A program made the position numbers and the translations under genes. From Nitrospira sp. bin75 (GTDB lineage Bacteria; Nitrospirota; Nitrospiria; Nitrospirales; UBA8639), in NCBI GenBank assembly GCA_002238765.1, contig MPMZ01000005.1:1-32000 (forward strand): 32,000 nt of DNA, in the 5' to 3' direction. Shown here one piece after another: positions 1 through 8,840 of this stretch. The notes below the pieces were generated by a model, which did no database searches, had not been told where the DNA came from, and worked only from the letters and a program-made list of their open reading frames with translations. How positions within the stretch are numbered: position 1 is the first letter of the stretch; every line of letters starts with the position of its first letter.

Positions 1-269
1 TTGACTTTGCCTTCGATCATCTTTTCGTTTTGACTGTAGACTCTCACGGTCACGTCCTGGAGTCCCGTTAACGACTTCATCTGCTGCATCAACATCAGCA
101 CGATCTTTCGGCTACGGTCCCGATCAACCGCCAGCCGCCGGTAAAATTCTTCGGTGACGTGCAGTTGCAAAAGGTCTCCCTTGACCAAGATGTCGTCCAC
201 GGCCCCGCTCTGGCCCAATAGCGCGCGTATGCGCTCGACAACCTGTTCATCCGTCATGACTTCACTCAT
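1..269 (-). CDS. hypothetical protein, N-terminal part (ORF runs off the left edge of the window)
   Basis: Own translation of the minus strand from ATG (267-269) gives MSEVMTDEQVVERIRALLGQSGAVDDILVKGDLLQLHVTEEFYRRLAVDRDRSRKIVLMLMQQMKSLTGLQDVTVRVYSQNEKMIEGKV.., with no stop before position 1. GGAGG lies upstream at 283-287, with a long spacer. It is absent from the ORF track because it is open-ended. No family recognised. Confidence 0.4.
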   Translation of the reverse strand, partial: MSEVMTDEQVVERIRALLGQSGAVDDILVKGDLLQLHVTEEFYRRLAVDRDRSRKIVLMLMQQMKSLTGLQDVTVRVYSQNEKMIEGKV

Positions 270-282
270 TTGTTGACAATTT

Positions 283-360
283 CCTCCTCACTCCAGCCCC
301 CTCCCCACTCCCCACTCCTCACTCCCTCTCCCCAGGCGGGAGAGGGTTGGGGTGAGGGGG
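283..360. repeat. GC-rich REP-like palindromic element (one hairpin unit), same family as 8841-8970
   Basis: Hairpin ccctctccc (324-332) / gggagaggg (338-346). The 43-nt stretch 318-360 matches 8927-8969 at 39 of 43 positions by my count. It lies just downstream of the stop of a minus-strand gene (pepP), as the other copy does for aconitase. Confidence 0.7.
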
Positions 361-370
361 AATATGCGAT

Positions 371-2167
371 TTAGGGCATTCGTTCCGTCGCCCGTTCCAA
401 CCAAGCGGCCGTAGACGAATCGACCAGCGGCCCAATGACCGCCCACACGCGAGCGTGGTAGGCATTGAGCCAGTCTTTTTCCGTTGCATTCAATAAGGTC
501 TCGTCGATCAGCGATGCATCAAACGGCACGAGGGTGATCGTCTCGAACGCGAACCATTCCCGTCCATCACCGCGGTCCGTCGTCGCAGGGATAACCACGA
601 CAAGATTTTCCAACCGGATCCCGTATTCTCCGCTTTTGTAATACCCGGGTTCGTTCGACAGGATCATCCCCGGTTGCAACGCAACCGTCTGCCCCCCTTT
701 CGAGATGCGTTGAGGTCCTTCGTGTACGCCCAGGTAACTCCCCACCCCGTGCCCGGTCCCATGGTCATAATCCAACCCCACTTCCCACAGCGGCCGCCGG
801 GCCACGGTATCGAGTTGTGCGCCAGTCGTTCCTTTGGGAAAGGTGGCCATGGCGAGGGCAATGTGTCCTTTAAGCACGCGAGTGTACCGGTCCCGGTGCT
901 CGGGTGTAGAGGACCCGATGGCGATCGTTCTGGTGATGTCGGTCGTCCCGTCCAAATATTGTCCCCCTGAATCCACGAGGTAGACTGTACCGGGCTCAAG
1001 CCTTCGACACTGCTCTTCGTCCGCCCGGTAATGCACGATCGCCCCATTGGGACCGGCTGCGGAAATAGTGGGAAAACTCATATCCTTCCAGAGCGGTTGC
1101 CGCCGCCGACAATCATCCAGATAGGATTGGGTGTCACGTTCGGAGAGTTGTCCCGTCCGGGCTTCGCGACTCAGCCAAGCCAGGAATTCACACACCGCTG
1201 CGCCATCTCGCCTATGCGCTTCCCGCGCCCCGTTGATCTCCACGACATTTTTGCAGGCCTTGGGGAGGAGGCATGGGTCATCCCCTTCAATCACAAGGGC
1301 CCCAAATCGAGCCAGGCGTTCCGGGATCCAACTCGCCGTGCGGTTGGGATCGCATAACACGCGCTCCCCCGCTTTGCCCAATTGTTCCAACGTATCAGGC
1401 AATTCCGTAACGGACTGAATCCGCACGGCTGGGCCCAAGTGCGGCTTCAAGACAGCGGTCACTTTGTTCGTATCGAGAAAGAGCGAGGCCGTGCCATCCT
1501 GATACAGCAGAGCAAAACCAAGAGGTAACGGCGTATGCTCAACGTCGCCGCCACGAATGTTAAAGAGCCAGGCAATGGAATCCGGTGCCGTCAGAACGGC
1601 CACGCCGATATTCTCATTTTTTAGTTGCCTGGAAAGCTTGTATCGTTTGTCCTCCGAGGACGTTCCCGTATAGACGATCTCATGCGGCACCACCTTGGCC
1701 GCAGGTGGAGCGGGACGAGAATCCCATAACGCATCAATGGGATTCGGTTCACATGGCAGCAACGCGGCGCCGGCCTTGGAACAAGCTTCTTTCAATTGTC
1801 TGACTTCTTGCGGCGTATGCAGCCACGGATCGTACCCCAGTTTGTCACCAGGCCGCAGCACGGCCGACAACCACGAAGGCACGGGTTCCTCGATGAGATG
1901 CCGGGCGCTCCACACCTGCACGTCGACTTGCGAGCGAACTTGTAGGGTATATCTGCCGTCCACGAAGATGGCGGCCTGCTCGGAAAGCACCACCGCCGTC
2001 CCTGCCGAACCCGTAAACCCCGTCAACCACGCCAACCGCTCGGCACAAGCCGGCAAATACTCGTTCTGGTACTCGTCGGCATGCGGGACAATGAATCCGG
2101 ACAATCCTTGCCGGACCAATTGTCCACGCAATGCGTGGACCCGCTCTTCACATGCGATTGCCATCAC
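371..2167 (-). CDS. pepP: Xaa-Pro aminopeptidase (aminopeptidase P, peptidase M24B with creatinase-like N-terminal domains)
   Basis: 598-aa ORF with M24B metal-ligand motifs: VDSGGQY..DITRT, HGTGHGVGSYLGVHEGP, SNEPGYY, IRLEN. Confidence 0.9.
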   Translation of the reverse strand: MMAIACEERVHALRGQLVRQGLSGFIVPHADEYQNEYLPACAERLAWLTGFTGSAGTAVVLSEQAAIFVDGRYTLQVRSQVDVQVWSARHLIEEPVPSWLSAVLRPGDKLGYDPWLHTPQEVRQLKEACSKAGAALLPCEPNPIDALWDSRPAPPAAKVVPHEIVYTGTSSEDKRYKLSRQLKNENIGVAVLTAPDSIAWLFNIRGGDVEHTPLPLGFALLYQDGTASLFLDTNKVTAVLKPHLGPAVRIQSVTELPDTLEQLGKAGERVLCDPNRTASWIPERLARFGALVIEGDDPCLLPKACKNVVEINGAREAHRRDGAAVCEFLAWLSREARTGQLSERDTQSYLDDCRRRQPLWKDMSFPTISAAGPNGAIVHYRADEEQCRRLEPGTVYLVDSGGQYLDGTTDITRTIAIGSSTPEHRDRYTRVLKGHIALAMATFPKGTTGAQLDTVARRPLWEVGLDYDHGTGHGVGSYLGVHEGPQRISKGGQTVALQPGMILSNEPGYYKSGEYGIRLENLVVVIPATTDRGDGREWFAFETITLVPFDASLIDETLLNATEKDWLNAYHARVWAVIGPLVDSSTAAWLERATERMP

Positions 2168-2305
2168 GCCACTCGACCTCTTACTTCAGCATAACTCTTC
2201 AATTATGACACGATCCTATGACCAGAGGCAGGTCTAAAACCCTCAATGTCGACATTTCCCCTATCCCAAGAAACCTCGACACTGGCGAGGGTCGCGAATC
2301 CGGAT

Positions 2306-3373
2306 TCATGCAATCCTGGAGAGTAAGTTCTCGGCAAGAGAATTTACCTCCCCTTGACTAAACATCTGCCTTTGATTTCCAACATACTGGGCGATTTGAT
2401 TATCGGACAGCGTTTTCACATATTGAAATTCCTGATTCGGCCTGTGATTCATTAAGCAGAGGATGTTTTTCGGAGATATTTTTTTGTCTCCCCAGTGGTT
2501 GGAAAAGTTATCGATATCCCCTCTCTCAACCGCCTTATTCAGTAACACAAAAATCGCAAAATTACTTCTCTTTAATTGCTTAATCGGAGAAAACAACTCC
2601 GGGTTCTCCACTGAATCCCTGCTCCAATTCTTTGTTTCCACCAAATAAAGACCGGTGGGTCCGACGACAACGTGATCTATCTGTATTGAATATATTTTAT
2701 CGTCATTATTCCTGTCATGCACAGGTTGGGAAAATTTCAACCTGTAATCGTTGATGACGATATGCGTATCAGGCAGTCTTGATAATTCCCGCGCCACCCT
2801 TTCCTCACCTTCGGCTCCGTAAAACAGGGATTTGTGTTTCCTGAAAACCGAAAGGATTTTTTCCTGTTCTTCTATATCACTGGCTGAATAGCGTTCCACC
2901 CAATTATCGGCGTTATTTCTTCTATCCTCTATTTCCGACCTTATACTGTTAATCTTTGTAAATCCTTTTCTGAAAGGTCTTCTCAATTCTTCCTCAAAAG
3001 AGATTTCCAAAATTTTCTTTCTCTTTGTTAATCTCTTTTTCCGAAAAAAGAAAAACAGCCGCAACAACATGTTTCGTTTTTCGTTTCCGGCAAGGGTCCC
3101 TTTCAGTTCTTCCAATTCATTTATTAGTAAAGATTCTCTTTCCTGAATTTTCCGATGAAGTTTCAATGATAATCTTTCATATTCTGACTCAAGATCAACG
3201 ACTTCCTGCATCAGGATTTCGCGGTATTCTTCCCTGATACGATTCAGAGAACTCTTGCAATCATTATGGAACGACCGAATTTCATCCATCGTTCTGAAGG
3301 CACCTATCCCCTCGCTTTCAAGTTCAGCAGTTAACTGAGTCAGTGAACCCACTTGCCTGTAAATCGTCGCCAT
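2306..3373 (-). CDS. NERD (nuclease-related domain) protein with long N-terminal coiled-coil region
   Basis: 355-aa ORF. The C-terminal half carries the NERD-type core IQIDHVVVGPTGLYLVETKNW. The N-terminal half is K/E/R/L-rich and heptad-like. The gene is visibly much more A/T-rich than its flanks. Confidence 0.75.
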   Translation of the reverse strand: MATIYRQVGSLTQLTAELESEGIGAFRTMDEIRSFHNDCKSSLNRIREEYREILMQEVVDLESEYERLSLKLHRKIQERESLLINELEELKGTLAGNEKRNMLLRLFFFFRKKRLTKRKKILEISFEEELRRPFRKGFTKINSIRSEIEDRRNNADNWVERYSASDIEEQEKILSVFRKHKSLFYGAEGEERVARELSRLPDTHIVINDYRLKFSQPVHDRNNDDKIYSIQIDHVVVGPTGLYLVETKNWSRDSVENPELFSPIKQLKRSNFAIFVLLNKAVERGDIDNFSNHWGDKKISPKNILCLMNHRPNQEFQYVKTLSDNQIAQYVGNQRQMFSQGEVNSLAENLLSRIA

Positions 3374-3530
3374 ACGATAACGTCATTAAAGCATCTATGT
3401 TTCAATTATATTCCTGTGCAGCATAGAGTTGAGCCTTGCTTCCCGACCGCTCATCCATGATGCCGGCGAGGGCCGATGAACACAGGATACAGTAGATTTT
3501 CTTGACGCGTTGTGTATATTATGAGCATAT

Positions 3531-3839
3531 ATGAAAATCGTCGGCCGTGATCGAATCATCGGCTTTCACTGGGACGAGGGCAACGCTAGGAAGAGCGTCG
3601 ACAAGCACGGCGTCACCCGGTCCGAAACGGAGGAAACGTTTCTGAACGAACCGCTTCTGGTCGTCGAGGACGTTGGCCACAGCCGATCCGAGTTACGGTT
3701 CCATGCTCTCGGTGTCACCAACGCCGGGCGCCGACTACATGTGACCTTTACTTTGCGAGAAGGGAATACCAAAATTCGCGTCATTTCCGCCCGAGACATG
3801 AGCCGTAAGGAGCGAGACCGCTATGAACAGGAAACGTAA
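3531..3839 (+). CDS. brnT: BrnT-family type II toxin (ribonuclease toxin, DUF497)
   Basis: 102-aa ORF with a FHWDEGNARKSVDKHGV.. start typical of BrnT (F-x-WD-x-x-K/N..KHG). It overlaps the downstream antitoxin ORF by 17 nt. Confidence 0.8.
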   Translation: MKIVGRDRIIGFHWDEGNARKSVDKHGVTRSETEETFLNEPLLVVEDVGHSRSELRFHALGVTNAGRRLHVTFTLREGNTKIRVISARDMSRKERDRYEQET

Positions 3840-4089
3840 ATCCATACCTACCTTCGAAAGTGAGGCGGAAGAACGGGTCTTTTGGGAAAGTCACGACTCG
3901 ACCGACCACGTGGACTGGAGCAAAGCTCAACGTGTCCGTTTCCCCAATCTCAAACCGTCCACCAAGCCGATTTCTCTGAGATTGCCGGTGGCTCTGCTTG
4001 AGCAAATCAAGACCGAGGCCAACAAGAGGGATGTCCCCTACCAGTCACTGATTAAGGTCTGGCTGTCCGAAAAGGTTGCTTCCATCTAG
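3823..4089 (+). CDS. brnA: BrnA-family antitoxin (CopG/RHH-like)
   Basis: 88-aa ORF. FWESHDSTDHVDW...KPISLRLPVALLEQIKTEANKRDVPYQSLIKVWLSEKV matches the BrnA pattern. It is overlapped by brnT. Confidence 0.8.
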   Translation: MNRKRKSIPTFESEAEERVFWESHDSTDHVDWSKAQRVRFPNLKPSTKPISLRLPVALLEQIKTEANKRDVPYQSLIKVWLSEKVASI

Positions 4090-4101
4090 GCCAAGCTCTC
4101 T

Positions 4102-4119
4102 CGTCTCTCATCAGAGACG
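4102..4119. terminator. candidate hairpin between convergent brnA and sucD
   Basis: Stem cgtctct (4102-4108) / agagacg (4113-4119), loop catc. There is no convincing U-tract on either strand. Confidence 0.25.
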
Positions 4120-4178
4120 TTGCGGTCAGGTCAGGGACGATGTGTTTTTGCCGGCCTGGGGAAAATGAACAATGCCGT

Positions 4179-5051
4179 TTAAGAACCGAGCGCGGCTTTG
4201 ACCGTCTCGCCGATCTCCGCGGGATTGCGAACGACTTGCACCCCGGCGGCTTCAAGGGCGGCGATTTTGTCTTTCGCCGTGCCTTGCCCGCCGGTAATAA
4301 TCGCGCCGGCGTGGCCCATGCGCCGGCCCGGAGGCGCCGTCATGCCGGCAATAAATCCGACGACCGGCTTCGTCATTTCTCGTTTGATGAACGCGGCGGC
4401 TTTTTCCTCGGCGTCCCCGCCGATCTCCCCGATCATGACCACGGCTTTCGTTTCCTCGTCGTGCTCGAACATTTGAAGCAGGTCGATGTACCCCGTGCCG
4501 ATGATGGGATCGCCGCCGATGCCCACGCAGGTCGTCTCGCCAAGCCCCAAATTCGTCAGCTGGTTCACGGCTTCATAGGTCAGGGTCCCGCTACGGGAAA
4601 TCACGCCGACCTTGCCTTTCCTATGAATGAACCCGGGCATGATGCCGATCTTGCACTCGTCCGCCGTGATGATCCCTGGACAATTGGGCCCGATGAGCCG
4701 GGTCTGCGTACTGGCCAGGGCGCGTTTCACCCGGACCATGTCATTCACGGGAATCCCTTCCGTGATACACACCACCAACCAGATCCCCGCATTGGCCGCC
4801 TCGAGGATCGCGTCCGCGGCAAACGGAGGAGGCACGAAAATCAACGACGTGGTAGCTTCCGTCTCTTTCACGGCGTCACGGACCGTATGAAAAACCGGGA
4901 TGCCTTCCACTTCCTGCCCGGCCTTACCGGGCGTCACACCCGCGACGACCTGGGTGCCGTACGCCTGACACTGAGTCGCATGGAACGACCCTTCTTTACC
5001 CGTAATCCCCTGTACGACCACCCGCGTTGACTTATTGACCAAAATACTCAT
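4179..5051 (-). CDS. sucD: succinyl-CoA synthetase (succinate--CoA ligase) alpha subunit
   Basis: 290-aa ORF with N-terminal [11 protein letters not shown] and the phosphohistidine loop [12 protein letters not shown]. It lies directly downstream of sucC. Confidence 0.95.
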   Translation of the reverse strand: MSILVNKSTRVVVQGITGKEGSFHATQCQAYGTQVVAGVTPGKAGQEVEGIPVFHTVRDAVKETEATTSLIFVPPPFAADAILEAANAGIWLVVCITEGIPVNDMVRVKRALASTQTRLIGPNCPGIITADECKIGIMPGFIHRKGKVGVISRSGTLTYEAVNQLTNLGLGETTCVGIGGDPIIGTGYIDLLQMFEHDEETKAVVMIGEIGGDAEEKAAAFIKREMTKPVVGFIAGMTAPPGRRMGHAGAIITGGQGTAKDKIAALEAAGVQVVRNPAEIGETVKAALGS

Positions 5052-5107
5052 GCGCTCTTCCTTTCCTCACTGCGTTCCAACGTGGCCAGATCCGAATGAT
5101 GGGGCGA

Positions 5108-6295
5108 TCACCCCTTCTTCTTTTTCTTGCGCTTCATGGCCACGATTTTTTGCGCGGCTTCCCAGAGATCCGTCGCAACGTCCACCTTCAACCCCGATTC
5201 GAGGAGAATCTTCCGCCCTTCCTCTGCATTGGTCCCTTGGAGGCGCACGACCACGGGCAAGGTGATGCCGACTTCTTTCGAGGCCTCGATCACGCCATTG
5301 GCGATCCGTTCACAGCGGACGATGCCTCCGAAAATATTGATGAAAATGCCTTTGACTTTTCTGTCCTTGAGGAGGATGCGAAACCCGGCGGCAACCGTCT
5401 CCTTGGTGGCGCCTCCGCCCACGTCCAAGAAGTTGGCGGGTTCGGCGCCGGCCAACTTGATCACGTCCATGGTGGCCATGGCCAACCCCGCCCCGTTCAC
5501 CATGCACCCGATGTCCCCGTCCAGTTTCACGTAATTGAGATTATTGGCGCCCGCTTCGATTTCAAGAGGCTCTTCCTCGTGCAGGTCGCGAAACGCCTGC
5601 ACGTCCTGATGCTTGTACAATGCATTGTCGTCGAAGGTGACCTTCCCATCAAGGGCGACCAGTTGTTTGTCCGTGGTAATCACCAAGGGATTGATCTCCA
5701 CCAATGACGCGTTTTTTTCCATAAACAGGCGATACAGGTTCCCGAGCATCTGAATGAAGGGCGTCACCACGGCTTTTTCCAGGGAGGGCAGCCCCAAGGC
5801 GAAGGCCAGATTCCGGCCGTTGTACGGATGATACCCGACGGCCGGATCGACCGTCTCCCTGAACAGTTTCTCCGGGGTCTTTTCCGCCACCTCTTCGATT
5901 TCCATGCCCCCCTCGGTACTCGCAAGGAACGTGGGGCACCCGCTGTCCCGGTCCACCAACAGGCTCAGATACAATTCCTTGTCGATCCCCGCGCCTTCCT
6001 CAATCAATAAACGACGGACTTTTCGGCCTTTCGGTCCGGTCTGATGCGTCACCAGGGTCTTTCCTATGAGTTCCCGCGTCAGGGCCGGTACCTCCTCACG
6101 CTGCTTGGTGATTTTGACGCCACCGGCCTTCCCCCGTCCCCCGGCGTGGATTTGGGCCTTGACCACGTAGACCGGCGTATCCAGGGCCGCAGCCCACTTT
6201 TCAGCGGCCCGCGGCGTCTTGATTTCCTTGCCGCGCGGCACCGGCACTCCGAATTGCGCAAATAACTGTTTCGCTTGAAACTCATGGATATTCAT
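5108..6295 (-). CDS. sucC: succinyl-CoA synthetase beta subunit (ATP-grasp)
   Basis: 395-aa ORF with MNIHEFQAKQLF.. and VVKAQIHAGGRGKAGGVK, canonical SucC. It has an unusual C-terminal KRKKKKKG tail. Confidence 0.95.
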   Translation of the reverse strand: MNIHEFQAKQLFAQFGVPVPRGKEIKTPRAAEKWAAALDTPVYVVKAQIHAGGRGKAGGVKITKQREEVPALTRELIGKTLVTHQTGPKGRKVRRLLIEEGAGIDKELYLSLLVDRDSGCPTFLASTEGGMEIEEVAEKTPEKLFRETVDPAVGYHPYNGRNLAFALGLPSLEKAVVTPFIQMLGNLYRLFMEKNASLVEINPLVITTDKQLVALDGKVTFDDNALYKHQDVQAFRDLHEEEPLEIEAGANNLNYVKLDGDIGCMVNGAGLAMATMDVIKLAGAEPANFLDVGGGATKETVAAGFRILLKDRKVKGIFINIFGGIVRCERIANGVIEASKEVGITLPVVVRLQGTNAEEGRKILLESGLKVDVATDLWEAAQKIVAMKRKKKKKG

Positions 6296-6377
6296 GATTC
6301 TCCTCTCGAAGAAAAAGACTGACTCAGCGATCTCTTCTTACCAGAAAACCGATAGAACTCTACAAAACCACTTGAAG

Positions 6378-6502
6378 GCAGGATGTTCAAAAAAGCCGGC
6401 CAGCGCGGCCGCAGCAAGCGAGGAGGCGAGGCGTACGTTTGGAGTACGTTGAGCCTCCGAGCGCTGCGAGAACAAAGCTGGTGGGTTTTTTCAACATCCT
6501 GC
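6378..6502. repeat. long imperfect multi-tier inverted repeat (extended stem-loop) in the frdA-sucC intergenic region
   Basis: Outer arms gcaggatgttcaaaaaagccggccagc (6378-6404) and gctggtgggttttttcaacatcctgc (6477-6502). Middle tier 6411-6427 pairs with 6453-6467. Apical stem cgtac (6432-6436) / gtacg (6444-6448). The element starts 2 nt after the frdA-like stop codon. Confidence 0.7.
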
Positions 6503-6504
6503 TG

Positions 6505-8085
6505 CTAGGGTTGTTCAGTATAGGCAGGCAGCACGACCGGCGACGTGACCTGGTTCGTGACCCTGTGCTTTTTCGCTTCGGCCCGGAACCGCTGCAAATG
6601 GTTCAACGTCAACCGGCCCTGAGAAGTGGTTTGCACGCGCTCCGCCACCGTCAACCCCGATCGTTTGCCGAAGACCATCAAATCCAACAATGAATTGCCC
6701 ATCAACCGATTGCGCCCGTGCAGCCCACCGGAGGTTTCTCCGGCCACGAAGAGGTTCTTCACGGACGTTTCGCCGTTGACGTCGATCTTCACGCCCCCGT
6801 TCTGATAATGAAGCGTCGGATAAATCAGGACCGGGTCCTTGCGGATATCGACGCCGTACCGGGCATATTGGCGCACCATGGCGGGGAAATGCTTGTCCAG
6901 CGTGCCTTCACCCTGCTCCGCCTCGAGCAACGGGGTATCCAACCATACGCCGACGCGGCCGGTCGGCATGCGGACGCCGCGACCTTCTTCGCATTCCCGG
7001 ATAATGGAGGAGGACACCACGTCGCGCGTATCCAACTCATTCACGAACCGTTCGCCCCGCCCATTGACCAGGTGCCCGCCCTCGGACCGTATCCCCTCGG
7101 TGACCAACTGCCCCACGAGTTGTTCCGGGTACACGCCTCCGGAAGGATGATATTGAAACGTATCGATTTGGACGAGCGGAGCCCCGATGCGATAGGCCAA
7201 GGCCAAGCCGTCGCCCGTGGCGCCATAATGGTTGCTCGTGGGAAAGCCTTGAATGTGCAACCGCCCGATGCCGCCGGTCGCCAAAATCACGGTCTTGGCG
7301 GCCACTACGAGAAACCGTTTATTGTCAAGATCCTGAAGCACCGCGCCGGTGCACGCGCCTTGCTCGTCACTCACCAGTTCCACGGCCGCGGCGAATTCCA
7401 GGAGTTGGATCTTCTGGTTGAGTACCTCATCCTTGAGGACCCGCATAATTTCGAGGCCGGTGTAATCCGAGCAGGTGAGCAGCCTCGCCTTGGTGCTGCC
7501 TCCCCCTTTTTTGACGTGGAGGTTGCCGTCGGCGTCCCGGTCGAAGAGCACACCCAATTCCAACAACCACTTCGCAATGGACGGCCCCTCTTCCACCATC
7601 GTCCTGAGCAACTGGTGGTCGTTTTTCATATGACCGCCCTTGAGGGTATCCAAGAAGTGCTGGACCGGGGAATCGTCGGGCGCCACGGCAATCTGCATGC
7701 CCCCTTGCGCCATCACCGAATTCGAATCAGCCAGGCGCAGCTTCGTGGCCAGGAGCACCTTGGCCCCCTGCCCGTGCGCGTGGAGCGCCGCGGCACATCC
7801 CGCGCCTCCGCCGCCCACGACCAGCACGTCCACCTCGTAGTCCGGCGTCAAGGCGAGGTCTTCGGACACCACGCTGTCGCCTTCCAGGACGGAAGCGAGT
7901 TCCCGTACCGTCATGTCCCCTTCATTGGGCCCGCAGGCCACGGGACGGTACGCGGCCTCCCGATGATCGGGATGGAATTTTTTGATCAGGGTGTCGCGTT
8001 CGGCCGGAGAGAGTTTGGGAAAGGTCTGTTGCCGCCGGGCGTCACGGGAATTGTGGACCACGTCGTGCAGGGCTTGAATATCCAC
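6505..8085 (-). CDS. fumarate reductase / succinate dehydrogenase-type FAD flavoprotein subunit (FrdA/SdhA/TfrA-like)
   Basis: 526-aa ORF with dinucleotide fold DVLVVGGGGAGCAAAL and SVMAQGG and HYQNGG-type motifs of the FRD/SDH/L-aspartate-oxidase family. It sits between an Fe-S subunit gene and sucCD in the rTCA block. It has a ~80-aa N-terminal extension before the FAD fold. Confidence 0.7.
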   Translation of the reverse strand: MDIQALHDVVHNSRDARRQQTFPKLSPAERDTLIKKFHPDHREAAYRPVACGPNEGDMTVRELASVLEGDSVVSEDLALTPDYEVDVLVVGGGGAGCAAALHAHGQGAKVLLATKLRLADSNSVMAQGGMQIAVAPDDSPVQHFLDTLKGGHMKNDHQLLRTMVEEGPSIAKWLLELGVLFDRDADGNLHVKKGGGSTKARLLTCSDYTGLEIMRVLKDEVLNQKIQLLEFAAAVELVSDEQGACTGAVLQDLDNKRFLVVAAKTVILATGGIGRLHIQGFPTSNHYGATGDGLALAYRIGAPLVQIDTFQYHPSGGVYPEQLVGQLVTEGIRSEGGHLVNGRGERFVNELDTRDVVSSSIIRECEEGRGVRMPTGRVGVWLDTPLLEAEQGEGTLDKHFPAMVRQYARYGVDIRKDPVLIYPTLHYQNGGVKIDVNGETSVKNLFVAGETSGGLHGRNRLMGNSLLDLMVFGKRSGLTVAERVQTTSQGRLTLNHLQRFRAEAKKHRVTNQVTSPVVLPAYTEQP

Positions 8086-8102
8086 GTGTCAGCCGCACTC
8101 CC

Positions 8103-8822
8103 CTACGACTTGATCGTGGCCGAGGTTTGTTGTAATTCGTCATCGGTCATCTTCAGGATTCGGTCCCAGTCGTCGTTGTACTGTCCATCGGCAATGGCTT
8201 GAATCCGGTCGGAGAGGCCGGGCGGCTTTTCCATTTCCCGGACGCCGTAGGCCCGGCTGGCATAGACCCCCACCAAGTTCGGCGCAATATCGGCAATACA
8301 CACCGGCACGCACAAACCGCACATCACACAGTCCATGAAGGTTTCCGACACCGCTTTGAAGTCCCCGAAGACGGCTTTCCACACGCCTTCCCGCACGTCG
8401 ATCTGTTGCGGGCAGGCTTCGGTGCACGCGTTGCAGTTCCGGCACAGGGGCGCTTCCGGATACAACTTGAACAGGTCCTGCTTGGGATTTTCGAGTTGAT
8501 TCAAATCGTACGTGGCCTTGCGCGCGGGAAACGCCGGGGCGAACGAAAACGACATGCCGTCTTCCACCGCGTGCGAACACCCGAGGCAGGTTTTCACTTT
8601 CGGATCGTCCTTGGTGCGATAATAGGTCGCGCAAGCCCCGCAAAACCCGCCCAGACAGCCGGCCCCCCGCGTGACTTCATGGCCCGTATACCAGAGGGCC
8701 TTCATCAGGGTAATCCCGGCCGGGACCTTGAAGGATTTCCCCGCAATCTCCACCGTGACCATAGGCGGTTTGAGCGCGTCTTCCTGGCTCACGGCCTTGC
8801 CCGTATCGAATGAACCCGTCAT
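8103..8822 (-). CDS. fumarate reductase / succinate dehydrogenase-type iron-sulfur subunit (FrdB/SdhB-like)
   Basis: 239-aa ORF with a 2Fe-2S pattern CLGGFCGAC...C, then CRNCNACTEACP and CVMCGLCVPVC cluster motifs. Confidence 0.7.
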   Translation of the reverse strand: MTGSFDTGKAVSQEDALKPPMVTVEIAGKSFKVPAGITLMKALWYTGHEVTRGAGCLGGFCGACATYYRTKDDPKVKTCLGCSHAVEDGMSFSFAPAFPARKATYDLNQLENPKQDLFKLYPEAPLCRNCNACTEACPQQIDVREGVWKAVFGDFKAVSETFMDCVMCGLCVPVCIADIAPNLVGVYASRAYGVREMEKPPGLSDRIQAIADGQYNDDWDRILKMTDDELQQTSATIKS

Positions 8823-8840
8823 GTCCGTTTACCGTACCCC

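Noticed and set aside
2289-2301. gggtcgcgaatcc resembling a tRNA T-arm (GGTTCGAATCC), a possible tRNA or att remnant at the edge of the AT-rich islet.
   Set aside because: I could not fold acceptor, D or anticodon arms around it on either strand, and the match has a 2-nt insertion. It is not callable as a tRNA or attachment site without a search.
5108-5131. Poly-lysine C-terminal tail (KRKKKKKG) on SucC.
   Set aside because: It is real in the sequence, but it is a short low-complexity tail with no inferable function from sequence alone, and it could simply reflect a purine-rich run before the stop.
6718-8202. Long plus-strand ORFs antisense to well-supported minus-strand genes. Examples are 6718-8202 (494 aa), 8961-10064, 10107-11339, 11291-13015 (574 aa), 13031-13912, 25132-25974, 26181-27233, 27376-28251 and 28412-29281. 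The minus-strand ORFs 30284-31318 and 31331-31873, antisense to the RND gene, belong to the same class.
   Set aside because: They are shadow ORFs, as expected in GC-rich DNA. Their translations are Arg/Gly/His/Pro-rich with no recognisable motifs, whereas the opposite strand encodes proteins with canonical family motifs along the full length.
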